Assembly (NCBI GenBank): GCA_030141605.1
Contig: JAQGDQ010000422.1
Coordinates: 115,780 to 179,779 of the forward strand
Origin: Tubiluchus corallicola
Lineage: Eukaryota; Animalia; Priapulida
Length of the DNA stretch: 64,000 nucleotides
Direction of reading: 5' to 3'
The notes below the pieces were generated by a model, which was given only the letters and a program-made list of their open reading frames with translations, searched no databases and was not told where the DNA came from. Both the position numbers and the translations under genes were made by a program. Shown in pieces: positions 12,511 to 24,781 of the stretch (position 1 is the stretch's first letter; every line of letters begins with the position of its first letter).

Positions 12511-13661
12511 GATAGAACTCAGCACCCTCTTTTACTTCTAACCTCGCTCATAATTTATGTAGAATTGTTATGTTTGCAAATGTAATGCTATTATCTCGCG
12601 CATCACGTTGAATCAGGATGGCAAGATTACTTTTATGTAAGCAAACACGATCACATGACCTACGATAAGTATTTGAAAATTTGCGTGCTAAATAAGTACT
12701 TGTTGCGGTTCACCGGGTAAATTTTGTTAGCACTGTAACTGGCTTTGCTTTGTTTGCTCGTTAAATTTCCAAGTGCACAAACTAGGTCTGTGATAGCGTT
12801 TTGCCCTGTATTACAAACATCTTGTGGTTGATGTCGATAAATGCGATTAATTAAGGCCATTAATGTAACGCTACAGCAACGCTACAGCAATTTGGGTGAA
12901 ATATCGTTTAACGATTAATATTAGCTAAGCATGTTAGTGAATTGTTCACTGGGAGAAGATACTGTAAGCAGTCCACATTCGCTTATAAGTTCTTGTTTAT
13001 TGCAATTTATTTCAGAACCTCGTTAATTTAGCTGTAGTATCTCGTTGTTTCCATAGATAGTAGAACTGTATGTGTATGTGCTAATTTTTTTCTTCATTTT
13101 CCTAAAAATGAACCTATCAAACGAGTTTTGATTAGCTCCATTTTTTATTTCGTTTAATTGTATAAGATATGTAATTAAATCATATAAAAAATCGCGTGAA
13201 AATTTGTACTTTTTTGCAATGACTATAATGGCCGGTTGAAGTTTAAAAGACACTTTATTTTTTAACGTTTTTTCATAATGCCTATGACTGTAGATGTAGA
13301 CATTAGTTAAAGGCAACGCAAAACTACAAAAACTAAATTTAAACGTGCTAAAACTACCTTCAAAAGTTGCTAACAGTATTCATAAAAACGAGAACGTAAA
13401 ATTACCTTTGGCAAACAATCGTTCTTTGTAATACGTGACTATTGGCCCGTAGGAATAAAAAATTGAGAAGCTTAGTATGTTCTTTTATTATGAGTAAAAA
13501 GTTTATATACTCTATATATTAACTAAAGTTTTTACTAAATACTAAGCTCTTTAGTAGATATTACGAAAATCGTAGCAAAAGCATATACTAAATTTTATTC
13601 TTTTTAACGCACATAGTGTTGAACATGTACTTACTACTACTACACGTAATGTTACGCGTGC

Positions 13662-14268
13662 GTTACACTGAAATCCAAAGTTAATTAAATTTTGAAACCG
13701 AACTTGAAATACAAGAAATGTGAAAATATTGGAATGCAGTTTGGATCTGATGGACCATAGAATGCAGTTTGGATCTGATGGACCATAGAATGCAGTTTGG
13801 ATCTGATGGACCATAGAATGCAGTTTGGATCTGATGGATCATAGAATGCAGTTTGGATCTGATGGATCATAGAATGCAGTTTGGATCTGATGGATCATAG
13901 AATGCAGTTTGGATCTGATGGATCATAGAATGCAGCTTGGATCTGATGGATCATAGAATGCAGTTTGGATCTGATGCACCATAGAATGCAGTTTGGATCT
14001 GATGGACCATAGAATACAGTTTGGATCTGATGGATCATAGAATACAGTTTGCATCTGATAGATCATAGAATGCAGTTTGGATCTGATAGATCATAGAATG
14101 CAGTTTGGATCTGATGGATCATAGAATGCAGTTTGTATCTGATGGATCATACAATGCAGTTTGGATCATGGAAGTCCCCTATTTGAAATCCAAATTGCAT
14201 ACCAACTTTTTCACGTTTCCTGTACTTCAAGTTTGATTCCAAAATGGAATTTATTGTGGATTTGTAAC
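13662..14268. mobile_element. Foldback/MITE-like element with ~85-bp inverted arms enclosing a tandem array
   Basis: 13690-13746 is an imperfect reverse complement of 14188-14244, with weaker similarity extending to 13662 and 14268. Confidence 0.7.
13732..14167. repeat. 28-bp minisatellite, ~15-16 copies
   Basis: Unit gaatgcagtttggatctgatgga(t/c)cata. Confidence 0.96.
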
Positions 14269-14502
14269 ATCATTAGTAACAACCTTGGTATTAGTAATTA
14301 TAACGATTAATTACTATCACAAGCCTCTCTGATTTAAGATAATTTATTTGGATTGCATTTAAATTTCTTTCCTCTGGAAACTTTATCATAATTGTATACT
14401 GTCGCGTGAATGCCACGTTAATATTTAAGTTTACATTAGTAAAATTAGCTGCTTTTATACGCATTTATTTGTTTAATTTGGTTTGTTTATTTTTCGTCTC
14501 AG

Positions 14503-14648
14503 AATTTTGCTCAAAAACTAGTGAATGCGGACCGGGCATCCCTCTTCCTAGTTGATAATAAAACTAATGAACTGTACGCACGAATATTCGACATTGGCAA
14601 CGGCGTTGGAGCCGAATCGGCAATTACAACTGACCAGAAAGAAATTAG
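14503..14648 (+). CDS. PDE10A: PDE10 exon 8a, GAF-B alternative exon (NFAQKLVNADRASLFLVDNKTNELYARIFDIGNGVGAESAITTDQKEIR)
   Basis: tctcag / gtttgt, 146 nt, phase 0/2, open frame. Confidence 0.92.
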
Positions 14649-15168
14649 GTTTGTCTGCGTTCGTAGTGCGTGTAGATCGTACGCAAGGAATCGCAAAACT
14701 GCTGCGGTCTTTTACTTGACAAAAATTCAAATCATTAGATCCGTTTAAAAGAATTTTATCGTCATCGAAGGAAAACTTCGTTTTTTGTTTTTATTTTGGC
14801 TAAAATTTTGATTTATTACGAAAGGCCGTTGCGGTTAATTTTCGTTTCCTTGGGTAACGTTGATCATAGTAGTCAAAGAGTTATGACATAGATAAGTTGC
14901 GACATGTACAGGCAACATCTCTGCCTCTCTCTCAGCCTCTCGACATATGGAGAGGAAATCTGTATGCACGCTTATCAGTCGCGTATTCTAGGTAAAGTGT
15001 GCATTCAAGAACACAATTTCTACACGCCAGGTTGTTTCATTGCAACAATTTACATCATCTACCCCTACTCTGCCTAAACTTTTTGGCTACTATGTATTGT
15101 TGTGTTTAATATAATTGATGCCTTTAATTATTTGGTATAGCACTGTTTCTGCCACAATGCAATTTCAG

Positions 15169-15314
15169 AACCATGCTAAAAATCTTGTAAGTGCTGATCG
15201 TGCGGCAATGTTTCTTGTTGATCGATTAGCGAATGAGCTCTATGCCAGAATATTTGACAAGGGAGTCGAAGGTAAAGATCCGGAATCGCTTGAAGTCGGA
15301 AACAGTGACATTAG
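15169..15314 (+). CDS. PDE10A: PDE10 exon 8b, duplicated GAF-B alternative exon (NHAKNLVSADRAAMFLVDRLANELYARIFDKGVEGKDPESLEVGNSDIR)
   Basis: tttcag / gtgtgt, 146 nt, phase 0/2, open frame; paralogous to 8a (24/49 aa identical by hand count). Confidence 0.88.
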
Positions 15315-15495
15315 GTGTGTACGAAAAACAGGTGCAGGATATTGAATATTGTACCTGGTTTTGGACGCCTCAAAATTTTTAAGGTTATAATGTGGAGACA
15401 TAAAAGTATTGAAAAGTGTTAAGCTTTCAGTATGGTATGTAGCAGAGGGCTCTCCTTTTAAACTACTCAAGCCTATGAAGAAGGTATAGTTTAAT

Positions 15496-15496
<1 letters not shown>

Positions 15497-15543
<47 letters not shown>

Positions 15544-15632
15544 GGTAGGTAGGTAGGTAGGTAGGTAGGTAGGTAGGTAGGTAGGTAGGTAGGTAGGTAG
15601 GTAGGTAGGTAGGTAGGTAGGTAGGTAGGTAG

Positions 15633-15672
<40 letters not shown>
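15497..15672. repeat. (GTAA)11(GTAG)23(GTAA)10 microsatellite
   Basis: Directly visible; abuts the 3' end of a minus-strand LINE-like repeat. Confidence 0.97.
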
Positions 15673-15674
<2 letters not shown>

Positions 15675-16200
15675 AAATTATTTGTCTCTGAATGTTACAA
15701 AATAAACATAAACAAAAGCTAAAAACTAAAATAAAGACGGAAAAGAGACGGGGTGGCGAAAAGACCAAGGGTCACCAAGTCAACCACCCCTATTCAAACT
15801 GAAGAAAATTAAGTGACCTGTCAAGTAAGGTATGTACAAATGAAAATAATCAGCAACTTAACAAAATAAAAAATAATAAATGAGGCAACAAGTCCAAATG
15901 AATTTAAATTTAGAAACAGTAAACAAATTTGGCAATGAGAAGAGACAAAATTTAAATTAGCAAACAAAGCGGAAAATTTAAACTCATCAAAAACAAAACT
16001 AATAATTACATATAAATCAAGAACTCAAACCAACTCAAACTAACAAACCAAAAATGAAGCAATGTCAAGTCATGAGTAAATCATCACCAAGTCAAGTACC
16101 TCTATCCAAATTTAAAGGAAATTATATAAACTTTAATGGAGATAAGTTTTTTAACTTCTTTGACGATACATGACTAGTCTCAATATCTCAGCCCAGAAAT
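15673..16200 (-). mobile_element. LINE (CR1/L2-like) 3' end, copy 1
   Basis: Highly similar to 37540-37940; contains the stem-loop-like gggtggcgaaaagaccaagggtcacc.agtcaaccaccc, with related motifs at ~38245 and ~62145; ends in a simple-repeat tail. Confidence 0.65.
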
Positions 16201-16201
16201 A

Positions 16202-16477
<276 letters not shown>

Positions 16478-18613
16478 GAGCGCTATTTACCAGAAATTTT
16501 TTACTAATAACGACAAATGTCGTTCATAGTTTCTTGCCTTGAGTAATTTACTAAAGTCGTACATCCATGTCCGCTGTGCGTTCTCAAAAATCGCACGAAA
16601 TATCACTTCTTTAACATTTGAACTTTTCCGTTTTCGTCCATGTCAAAAAAACTGCAGCTAAAACAAAACTCCTAGCCTCCTACACGCAACTGCAAATTTA
16701 ATAGAAGATCCTCCTTTTGTTCTCGCGTACAAAGCCTTTCATCTATTTCTTTTACGCTGGAAAATTATTTTATTGCATTGTGGCATTTTAGGGAAAAGCT
16801 TTTAAGGTATTAAGCCAGTATAAAAAAATACGGGCATTATCTGAAGGGATGACAGATGCTAGAATGAGGCTGTTGTCATAAGAAAATCATACAATCTGAA
16901 CAGGTACAAAGTTGTACTGTATAACAAGTATCGTACAAAAAGGAACTGTTAATAAAAATTTCTAAATAGGTATTGAGAAACTAGTATAAGTAAAATCTTG
17001 TCTTATTCCCAGTAATTCTGGGAAGCAGCGAACATGCTGAAGCGATTATTTCCGCCTGTCAAAGGTGTCTATTTAATTGCAAAAATTAACTCGGGATTGC
17101 ATAGCATGGAAAACACATACCACTTTATTGGTTTTTGTTTCTCCGTAAAAGACGCGATGCTCTTATAATCAGCTACATCTGCAGGATTTCTTGACAGTTT
17201 ATATAATTTTCCTGTGACAATTCAGCTCAGCACGCGCCATTAAATTTGATTGATTAATCTGCGCGTATTCAATACCTTAAATAAAATAATTTGCTACTTG
17301 AGCCATGGCATACAATATGGCCGCTTGCAAAACACTGTGACCTTTAGAAAAGATCGACTGCTCAAGAACATGAAAAATTCACAATAAACGTGCTATTCTT
17401 AGAGCTGAAGAAGATTTTAACCGAAACCTGTGACATTTGCAATATTAACAAGCTTGTTCACATGCAATATTTTGATAAACCTTTACACCAAGATTATTGA
17501 AGAAGACTAAAACTCAATTTTGTCATCCGCTATTTTTAAAGGTATGAATTGGAAAATGTGGCGATTATCGTGCGTTTCATTCTTAAAAATGACACGAAAA
17601 TTTATAACGATAAAGTTGTACAATAATTGATTTCACGGAAGCGAATGCAAGTTAAAATTAACCTAACCTAAATAAATAAATAAATCTTTTATTTTACATA
17701 ACGTTTATGTTTACATAACATAAATCTCTCTATTTGTAGAGCAATCTGACAAAAATCATATTATGTACAACAGTGTAAAAATTTTAAAAACTACGTGTAT
17801 GTTAAAAAGTATCACATTTGAATTGGAAGGTAAGGTTAGTAAATAATAAGTGTGGTGTTTGGCATAAAAGTGTGTATCAGGAAAATTATTGATAAAATGG
17901 TAGTGCTTGTAATTAGCTAAGAATATGAGGGAGTATGTACAAGAGGAATCGTAATGTTCTGAACGACTGAACTTAACCTAAACGGGTTCAGCACGTCCCA
18001 CTTGCTCAAACCTTGTTAGCGGTTCACATAAGAAAATCATGGGGAGCTTTTACTGTTGCCACAGATCCGTCTTTTTAATTTAATATACGCAATTTTTGGG
18101 CCAGATCTATTTATACATTAAAATGAGAGATCTCCCGACGATGTAACTTGGTAGAGCGCAGATTCATCTTAATGGCTCTGAATCGTTTAATAAGCATATT
18201 TGACGGCCGCATTGCGAAAGTGAAAAATTGGGTTCCGTTTGCGCAATGAAATGTAGTTTTTTTTGCAAAATTTATATCTCCTACGATTAAAACTGTGGCC
18301 TGTGATAGCTTTCAAAGGTAAATGTTTTTTATATCAACAACATGACCAAGCTTTAGGGATCCCACGTTTTGATATCTAAAGAAAATTACTTCATGAAATT
18401 AATCAATGTAAACAGTATTTATACTTCAATGATGCAAGAAAACTATGAGCTGCAAGTCTGCAACAATAATTTATAGCGTGTCTATAACTAATGCATAAGT
18501 TAATGTCAAAAATATGGCCCTAAATGTTGCAACTTTTGTGATATAACAATTAAATGCTTGTAATCATGCGTGCCTGTAAATTTGTCCTAACAAACATGGC
18601 TGTACTTTTGAAG

Positions 18614-18706
18614 GTTTCCCTTAGACAAGGGTGTGGCTGGATACGTGGCTTCGACTGGAAATACTCTAAACATTAAAGATGCATATCAAGATAACAGGTT
18701 CAACAG
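18614..18706 (+). CDS. PDE10A: PDE10 exon 9 ([31 protein letters not shown]), GAF-B
   Basis: ttttgaag / gtaaac, phase 2/2; classic GAF GxAGxVA..LNI.DAY.D.RFN. Confidence 0.93.
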
Positions 18707-19604
18707 GTAAACAATTTTGTTTTGTTTTATATTATTCATTTTTTGAGACTTGATTTCACTTGTCAGTGATTTAGTCGATTTGCTTTAATTTAATTAAACT
18801 AAATTAACTTCAACTTAATGAATGTTCTGTGGAAATTTTAATTTAATTTGATTTGATTTGATTTGATTTGACTTGACTTGACTTGACTTGACTTAATTTC
18901 TGTACCTGGTTTGGTTCGATCGAGTTTGGCTAATTTTTAACTTGAGCTAATTTGATTTGCATTTTTAATTTAGATTAATGTATCGTAAATATATTTTAAG
19001 TTATTTTATTTACCAGAGAAAGCCAAACAGCTTTGCTGAGTTTTTAAACTTACCGAGACATCCACATGATCTTCCACCAACTAAGATCTTATGTGGGTGC
19101 TACTCTAGAATATTGAAATACAAACAGCAGCACAGCCAAACAAAGTCCTGACTATTCAGGGCTATGTGATAGTCCAATTGGTATCCAAAACCAAAAAACA
19201 TGGCAAGTGCTAGTGACCACTTGTCTTACCGCTAGTGAGCTCTTTGAATTCTTTGACGTCTTTGGATGCCATTGAACTTCCGACCTATTGTACAATTTCA
19301 TTAAATTTTTTTCGTTGGTGTTGACTAACATGTCATAAGGAGTACTGGTGTAGTAGTACTTAGTGGCACTGTGCGAGTGTACGTACTTTCATTCTTGACT
19401 TTGTGTCTTTGTATATCGTAAAATAACTAGACAAGATCTTGCTGTTCATATACATGTAGATGATTTATCTAAGCCTTGAAACCTTGTTAGGTATGCTAAC
19501 GTTTTGCTGCCAATGGCTGTTTTCCTTTCTGCACTGATGTCTCATGGTATCGTAGATGCAAATCCATTTTGTCAAAGTTTATTGTTTTCTTTTCATTTCT
19601 ACAG

Positions 19605-19673
19605 AGATGTTGACATTCAGACTGGATATCGAACTAAAACGTTACTCTGTATGCCAATCTATATACGTGGAAG
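19605..19673 (+). CDS. PDE10A: PDE10 exon 10 (DVDIQTGYRTKTLLCMPIYIRGS), GAF-B
   Basis: ctacag / gtaaca, phase 2/2; D..TGY.T..LLCMP motif. Confidence 0.93.
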
Positions 19674-19769
19674 GTAACAATTTTTTAATATAAATGTTCT
19701 AAGCTGGCTTGTTGAAATATTAAATAATTATTTCATAAATCATTGAGCAGTTTTTTTTTGTTGCAATCA

Positions 19770-20140
19770 CGGGTGAACTCACATCCCTGCGCTAGGCCAA
19801 TGTGCTACAATATAATCACGTCGATTTTATATGCAAATCGGTACACTTGCAAGACGGAATCCAGCATTCTATTCAGCGTTGGTGTTCATGGCAGGACCGG
19901 AACCGAGTTCGTTATCAGGACAAGATTAGCCGCTGAATCAGCATAACTATGTTAGCCCCATTTCTCATTTTCATACCTCCTCTTGTGCAAAGCAAAGAAT
20001 TAGAGCCAGTATGGCGAATGAAGCAGGTCAGAACAAGTGCTGAAGGCGTGTATTGAACCCATCCATTTACTGACCAGCCTCGCCTTTGTTTAATTTCGCT
20101 CGTGAAACCAACGCACGTGACTATTTAGCTGTTAATCCCG
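19770..20140 (-). mobile_element. Degenerate SINE-like element, possibly 5S-related
   Basis: gaacccatccatttactgaccagcctcgcctttgtttaattt (~20056-20097) resembles antisense 5S internal sequence; higher GC than the flanks. Confidence 0.35.
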
Positions 20141-20512
20141 CTTTAAGATAATATGGAATCGCAACCAGACATGTAGTAACTATAGTAGCCAAAGAAAAAG
20201 ATGGAATTTAAACCACTTAAAAATATAATCCTACATTATTGCTCCATTAATTTCATTTTTCTGCTTTGCTATAAGCTTCAACGTATCACTACCAGAACCC
20301 GACATTCATGTACGCCTGCGCCAGTACAGGCATCACTAGTATAGAAAATGTAGTTTTTGGTCAAAATATGAATGTCATAATAACACGTTCTTTCTAGTTT
20401 TAAATTTTTTACATTAAAACTTCATTTTTCGCTTTGCCATTTGAATTAAACTTCTACCTACACTGCAGCCTTTCTGCTGATCTAATACATGTAAAATTAT
20501 ACAGCTTTTGTC

Positions 20513-20800
20513 TACCTATCTACTTACCCAGCTACCCACCTGCCTACCTACCTTCCTAGCAGCTTACCTACAGACGTATGTATCTGTCATGTACCTAGCT
20601 TCCTACGTACCTACCTACATACCTACGTGCCTACCTACCTACCTGCCTGCCTACCTACCTACCTACTTACCTACCTACCTGCCTACTTACCTACCTACCT
20701 ACCTACCTACCTACCTACCTACCTACCTACCTACCTACCTACCTACCTACCTACCTACCTATCTTCCTAACTGCCTACCTATCTGCCTACACACCTATCT
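20513..20800. repeat. (CCTA)n microsatellite, partly degenerate
   Basis: Directly visible. Confidence 0.95.
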
Positions 20801-21037
20801 ACTTAACAAACCAGCCACTTTTCTGATTATCAATCCAGTTTGTAGTTTTCCAAACTGTATGTCTGCATGTCTGCCTGACTGCCGATCCGCCTACCTATCT
20901 TTTCTGCGTCTAGCTGCTCAAATTAAGAACAACTAGACCCATTCACATTAGATAATCAACAAACCAAACAACCTAAGTCTTTTGCAACCCAGCCTGACAA
21001 ATAACGTACGCTAAGAAACTTTTGTTTGTGCTTGCAG

Positions 21038-21152
21038 TGTAATCGGCGTTGTACAAATGGTCAACAAACTTAACGGCACTTTCTCAAAAGCAGATGAAGA
21101 GGCATTTGAAACATTTGCCGTTTACTGCGGCTTAGCCCTGCACCATGCAAAG
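21038..21152 (+). CDS. PDE10A: PDE10 exon 11 ([38 protein letters not shown]), GAF-B NKFDE motif
   Basis: ttgcag / gtacca, phase 2/0; NK..F...DE signature. Confidence 0.94.
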
Positions 21153-21288
21153 GTACCAGTTATTAAACTTATTTCCAGACTCATTCTTAACATCGTTGCA
21201 TTAAATTCACACTCAGTACGATGCGTACTTTGACAAAACATTAAATTTGTTATAATAGAAATGTTTTTACTCGTGATGCTGTATTTAG

Positions 21289-21428
21289 TTATATGACAAG
21301 ATACGGCGTTCAGAGCAGAAGTACAAGGTGGCACTGGAAGTATTGACGTATCATAATCAATGTTCTGAACCGGAATTCCATGAACTGAAAAAAGAACCAC
21401 TTCCTAGAGAAATTGATGGTATAACAAG
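21289..21428 (+). CDS. PDE10A: PDE10 exon 12 (LYDKIRRSEQKYKVALEVLTYHNQC...EIDGIT)
   Basis: atttag / gtaaat, phase 0/2; GAF-to-catalytic linker LEVLxYH. Confidence 0.92.
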
Positions 21429-21524
21429 GTAAATTTACACACATGAGAAAGAAAGAAAAAATATCGAGCGACAGACGAACGGGCGGACGGAGGGGTGACG
21501 AAAAACATACAGAGGGATGACAAA

Positions 21525-21545
21525 GAGACAGAGAGAGAGAGAGAA

Positions 21546-21591
<46 letters not shown>

Positions 21592-21640
21592 AGAGATGGA
21601 GGGAGGGAGAGAGAGAGAGAGAGAGGTAGAGAGAGAGATA
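21525..21640. repeat. (GA)n microsatellite
   Basis: Directly visible. Confidence 0.95.
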
Positions 21641-22146
21641 AAAAGATAAAAAAACAGATAGATAAAAAACTTTTTAGATAAAAAAACAGGTGTTACTAGC
21701 ATCTAGTGTGCAAACTTATTAAGCTAAAATATCGTACTACATTAAAAAGCACATGAAATGACAGTCAGGACAGTGAATTACAGCTTAATAACAAAAGTAC
21801 GATCACGTAATAAAATTTTGGTCTTAGTTTAGGAAATGCATTCACTTTGAGGTGGGTACAATCCTATTTAGGAGATATTTGTAGGAACTGAGACTGACAG
21901 AAGCGATTTTCTGAATTTTGCAGCAACCTCTAGTTACAATATCCTATAAAAACTGTTAATGTAACTTTAAACTAAAAAAGTAATCGGTTCAGGGGCGGTA
22001 CATTCAATTTTGCAAATTGATATCAACTTTAATTGGAAAAGAATTGTAAGTCAATTTGTATTTGTATCTGTATGAAAAAGGTTTGAAAAACCGTATTCAT
22101 CAGAACCACTTTGATGACTTTTGAATACCTTTCTTTTGCAATATAG

Positions 22147-22236
22147 CTTTGAGTTCACTGATTATTTGGACAACATGAATGACAAGAAGCCATTGATGTC
22201 CTTGTACATGTTCAAGGACCTTTTTGAACTGGCAAA
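22147..22236 (+). CDS. PDE10A: PDE10 exon 13 (FEFTDYLDNMNDKKPLMSLYMFKDLFELAK)
   Basis: atatag / gtaagt, phase 2/2; fits the frame on both sides. Confidence 0.85.
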
Positions 22237-22299
22237 GTAAGTATACTGATGAAGCCATAATGTATGTCCATGCATTTTGTGGCATGACTAGTTACTTTA

Positions 22300-22630
22300 C
22301 AGAGTTTCAGCACCCTACAAGCCGGAATCAAGCAATAAACGATGGGGCCTCCTCGACGTTAATGATTGTGGAAGGACTGGAATCTATCTCGTTATTAAAG
22401 ATAATTCTCTAAGATAATATATTCCACCGGCATAAGTATCTTAGCTGTTAATACATTCTCTCTGTACAGGGAAAGCAGCCAGAATCAAGCATGATAATAT
22501 AAACCACCCAGAGCGAGTATCGAACCCAAGGGGTCAATCACCCATTCACTAGCCAGTCTCTGCACTATTCTTAACTTCGGTGATCAAGCACGTTTTGTGG
22601 TGACTAGTATGTAGTACAGTGCTGTAGGTT
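22300..22630 (-). mobile_element. Old 5S-related SINE-like element
   Basis: cttaacttcggtgatc (22570-22585) is the antisense of the 5S gatcaccgaagttaag segment; adjacent tcacccat..act also follows 5S order. Confidence 0.45.
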
Positions 22631-23916
22631 CTGCGTTGCTGTGATACTAATATTATTAGATATAGTTCTCAGGAAGTTGTTATGCAATGTTTGTAATAAT
22701 TAAACGCAACTGGTGCAATTCGAGACTTGGATTGGTGGTTGTGTGCTTGAAGCTGAAACAATGTTGTTCTAATTTTCTGTTCTGACAAAGTTACACATGT
22801 CACTGTTACAGATACGTTTTTTTAAATAATTGTGATCTAACCAATTGCTAATTTACTGCTAATAAGGGCATGTTGTCATTGCGTTTCAGTAGTACAAGGG
22901 GAACAGACACACGGTTTGTAGCTATAATAACTGTTTTTGATTCGCTTAGAGTGTCTGCTACCAATATTATAGAGATGATTATTTTCCTTATTTAATTGAC
23001 AAATTTTTAGTTTGTTTCTCGTCTTCTGAATTTGTTGTTTGCGATTTTTAAATTTATTTCTGGTGTTTTTGATGAGTAGGGAATCGTTTTAGTGATTGGG
23101 CTTTAGTTAAAGAATGACATAAAAACGAACATTAGCCCGTACTTAATACTTTTTTACTAATTCGTTCTTCATTGTAAATTTAATTAAATTATGTTGCGGC
23201 TTTGAAAAATAAAAACGATGTCATTGAACTTGAAATTTTATTAAACGGTCAAGTCTTAAAGCTTATTGACTCTACAGCGTTGTTAACAACTAATCAATTA
23301 CTGCACGGCTAAAGTTTGTATTTCATTGGTACAGATTTTCGTCCGTGGTGTTCAGTCTTGTTAATTGCAGCATTAATTTCACATTTTAGAGAAGCGCTGT
23401 TTTTACCACACATACCTCACGCACAAAGGCATACCTTTTATTTACAAATGCGCATTTTCGTCTACCACTAGATACTTACCATTGTTGCACTAGAGACTTA
23501 TTACATTTTATTGAGAATAGACTGAGATTTTTTTCTGTTGATATTTTAGTATGTAGATAAGCAACCGTGATAGTCTCCCGTTTATTTTTGCACTTTTTAA
23601 ATTATGGAGCAAAATTTATTGTAGGTGGATAATATTATTAAATTTAATTACGTCTAAATTGATCATACTTTCTGTGGTGTAACTATCAAAATTAATAAAA
23701 ATTGCACGGCAGTTCAGCTAACAGTTTTTCAGTTTCAGAGGCGCTATTTACACCTCTTATGGAGGTATATTAGACCTAAGTTAGAATCTTAAATTTTACC
23801 TTGTTGACTGTGGCAAATGATTTACAAATATTTTGTTGAGTAGACCAAGCGAAGTCTATGATCAGTTCCGTCATAATTGTTAAACGTAAGCTGACCTTAC
23901 ATTCTAATTTCTACAG

Positions 23917-24067
23917 ATTTGATGTCAGCCATCTAATTCGATTCACTCTGACTGTGCGCAAGAACTACAGACGAGTACCGTATCACAACTGGACTCACGG
24001 TTTTTCTGTTTCTCAGTCAATGTATGCCGTTATCAAATCAGATCCAATGCGTTGGTCCTTACTTGAG
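23917..24067 (+). CDS. PDE10A: PDE10 exon 14 (FDVSHLIRFTLTVRKNYRRVPYHNWTHGFSVSQSMY...LLE), catalytic domain
   Basis: ctacag / gtacag, phase 2/0; YHNxxH catalytic motif. Confidence 0.96.
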
Positions 24068-24380
24068 GTACAGTGTATGTTTGCACAGGAAGCTGTTTAT
24101 AGGTCTGTGTCTCTGATTCTTAAGTTGTCTCCTGTTTTGGCCAATATATGATTTGTTACATCCATGACAGTGGGGCTTGTAATATACACAAAATTTTTTG
24201 TAATCTGGTTTAACAATTTTGGACAAAACTAGCAATAAATTTGCCTTACTTATTAAGAAGGTGTTTTTTAGAAAGTAGTTTGCAGTTGCACAGCAAACAC
24301 TAATCTCCCAGCCGTCTAAATGTACTACAGTATGTATACATTGATTTTGTGTCTTATTTGAAAATTTGATGTTCATTTGG

Positions 24381-24752
24381 TAGGGCTAAGCATTCTCCAC
24401 CAGAAAGCGAATTCGAATCGAAACGAATTTGTGACTTTCGATTTCGAATCCAATCGAATTTCAGTATTTCGTATATGTGTATTCAGATTATTCATGTATT
24501 CAGATTATGTATATTTTTAGATTTGCTTCTGCAGTAAATCACTGACAATTTATTCAAAATTTTGCACAGAAATCACACCTAAATTGTGCTAAGTGCATTT
24601 AGTTTCAAACGTTTTAATGATAAGGAATATATGTGGTTGAAGTGCTGAATTATTCGATTTTATAATTCTAGGTTCGAATCGAATTCGAATTAAAAAACTC
24701 GTTCAAATTCGATTCGAACGTTTCAAACTCTAACGTTCGTTTCTCACCCCTA
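24381..24752 (+). mobile_element. hAT-like MITE rich in TTCGAA subterminal repeats
   Basis: TAGGG...CCCTA termini; an inverted relative lies at ~54157-54530. Confidence 0.6.
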
Positions 24753-24781
24753 TTGGCTACATCTGAGAATTCTTTTTTTAG

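Noticed and set aside
11788-12525. 245-aa Cys/His-rich ORF and overlapping frames (VMSCH repeats)
   Set aside because: Translation of a pentanucleotide satellite, antisense within a PDE10 intron.
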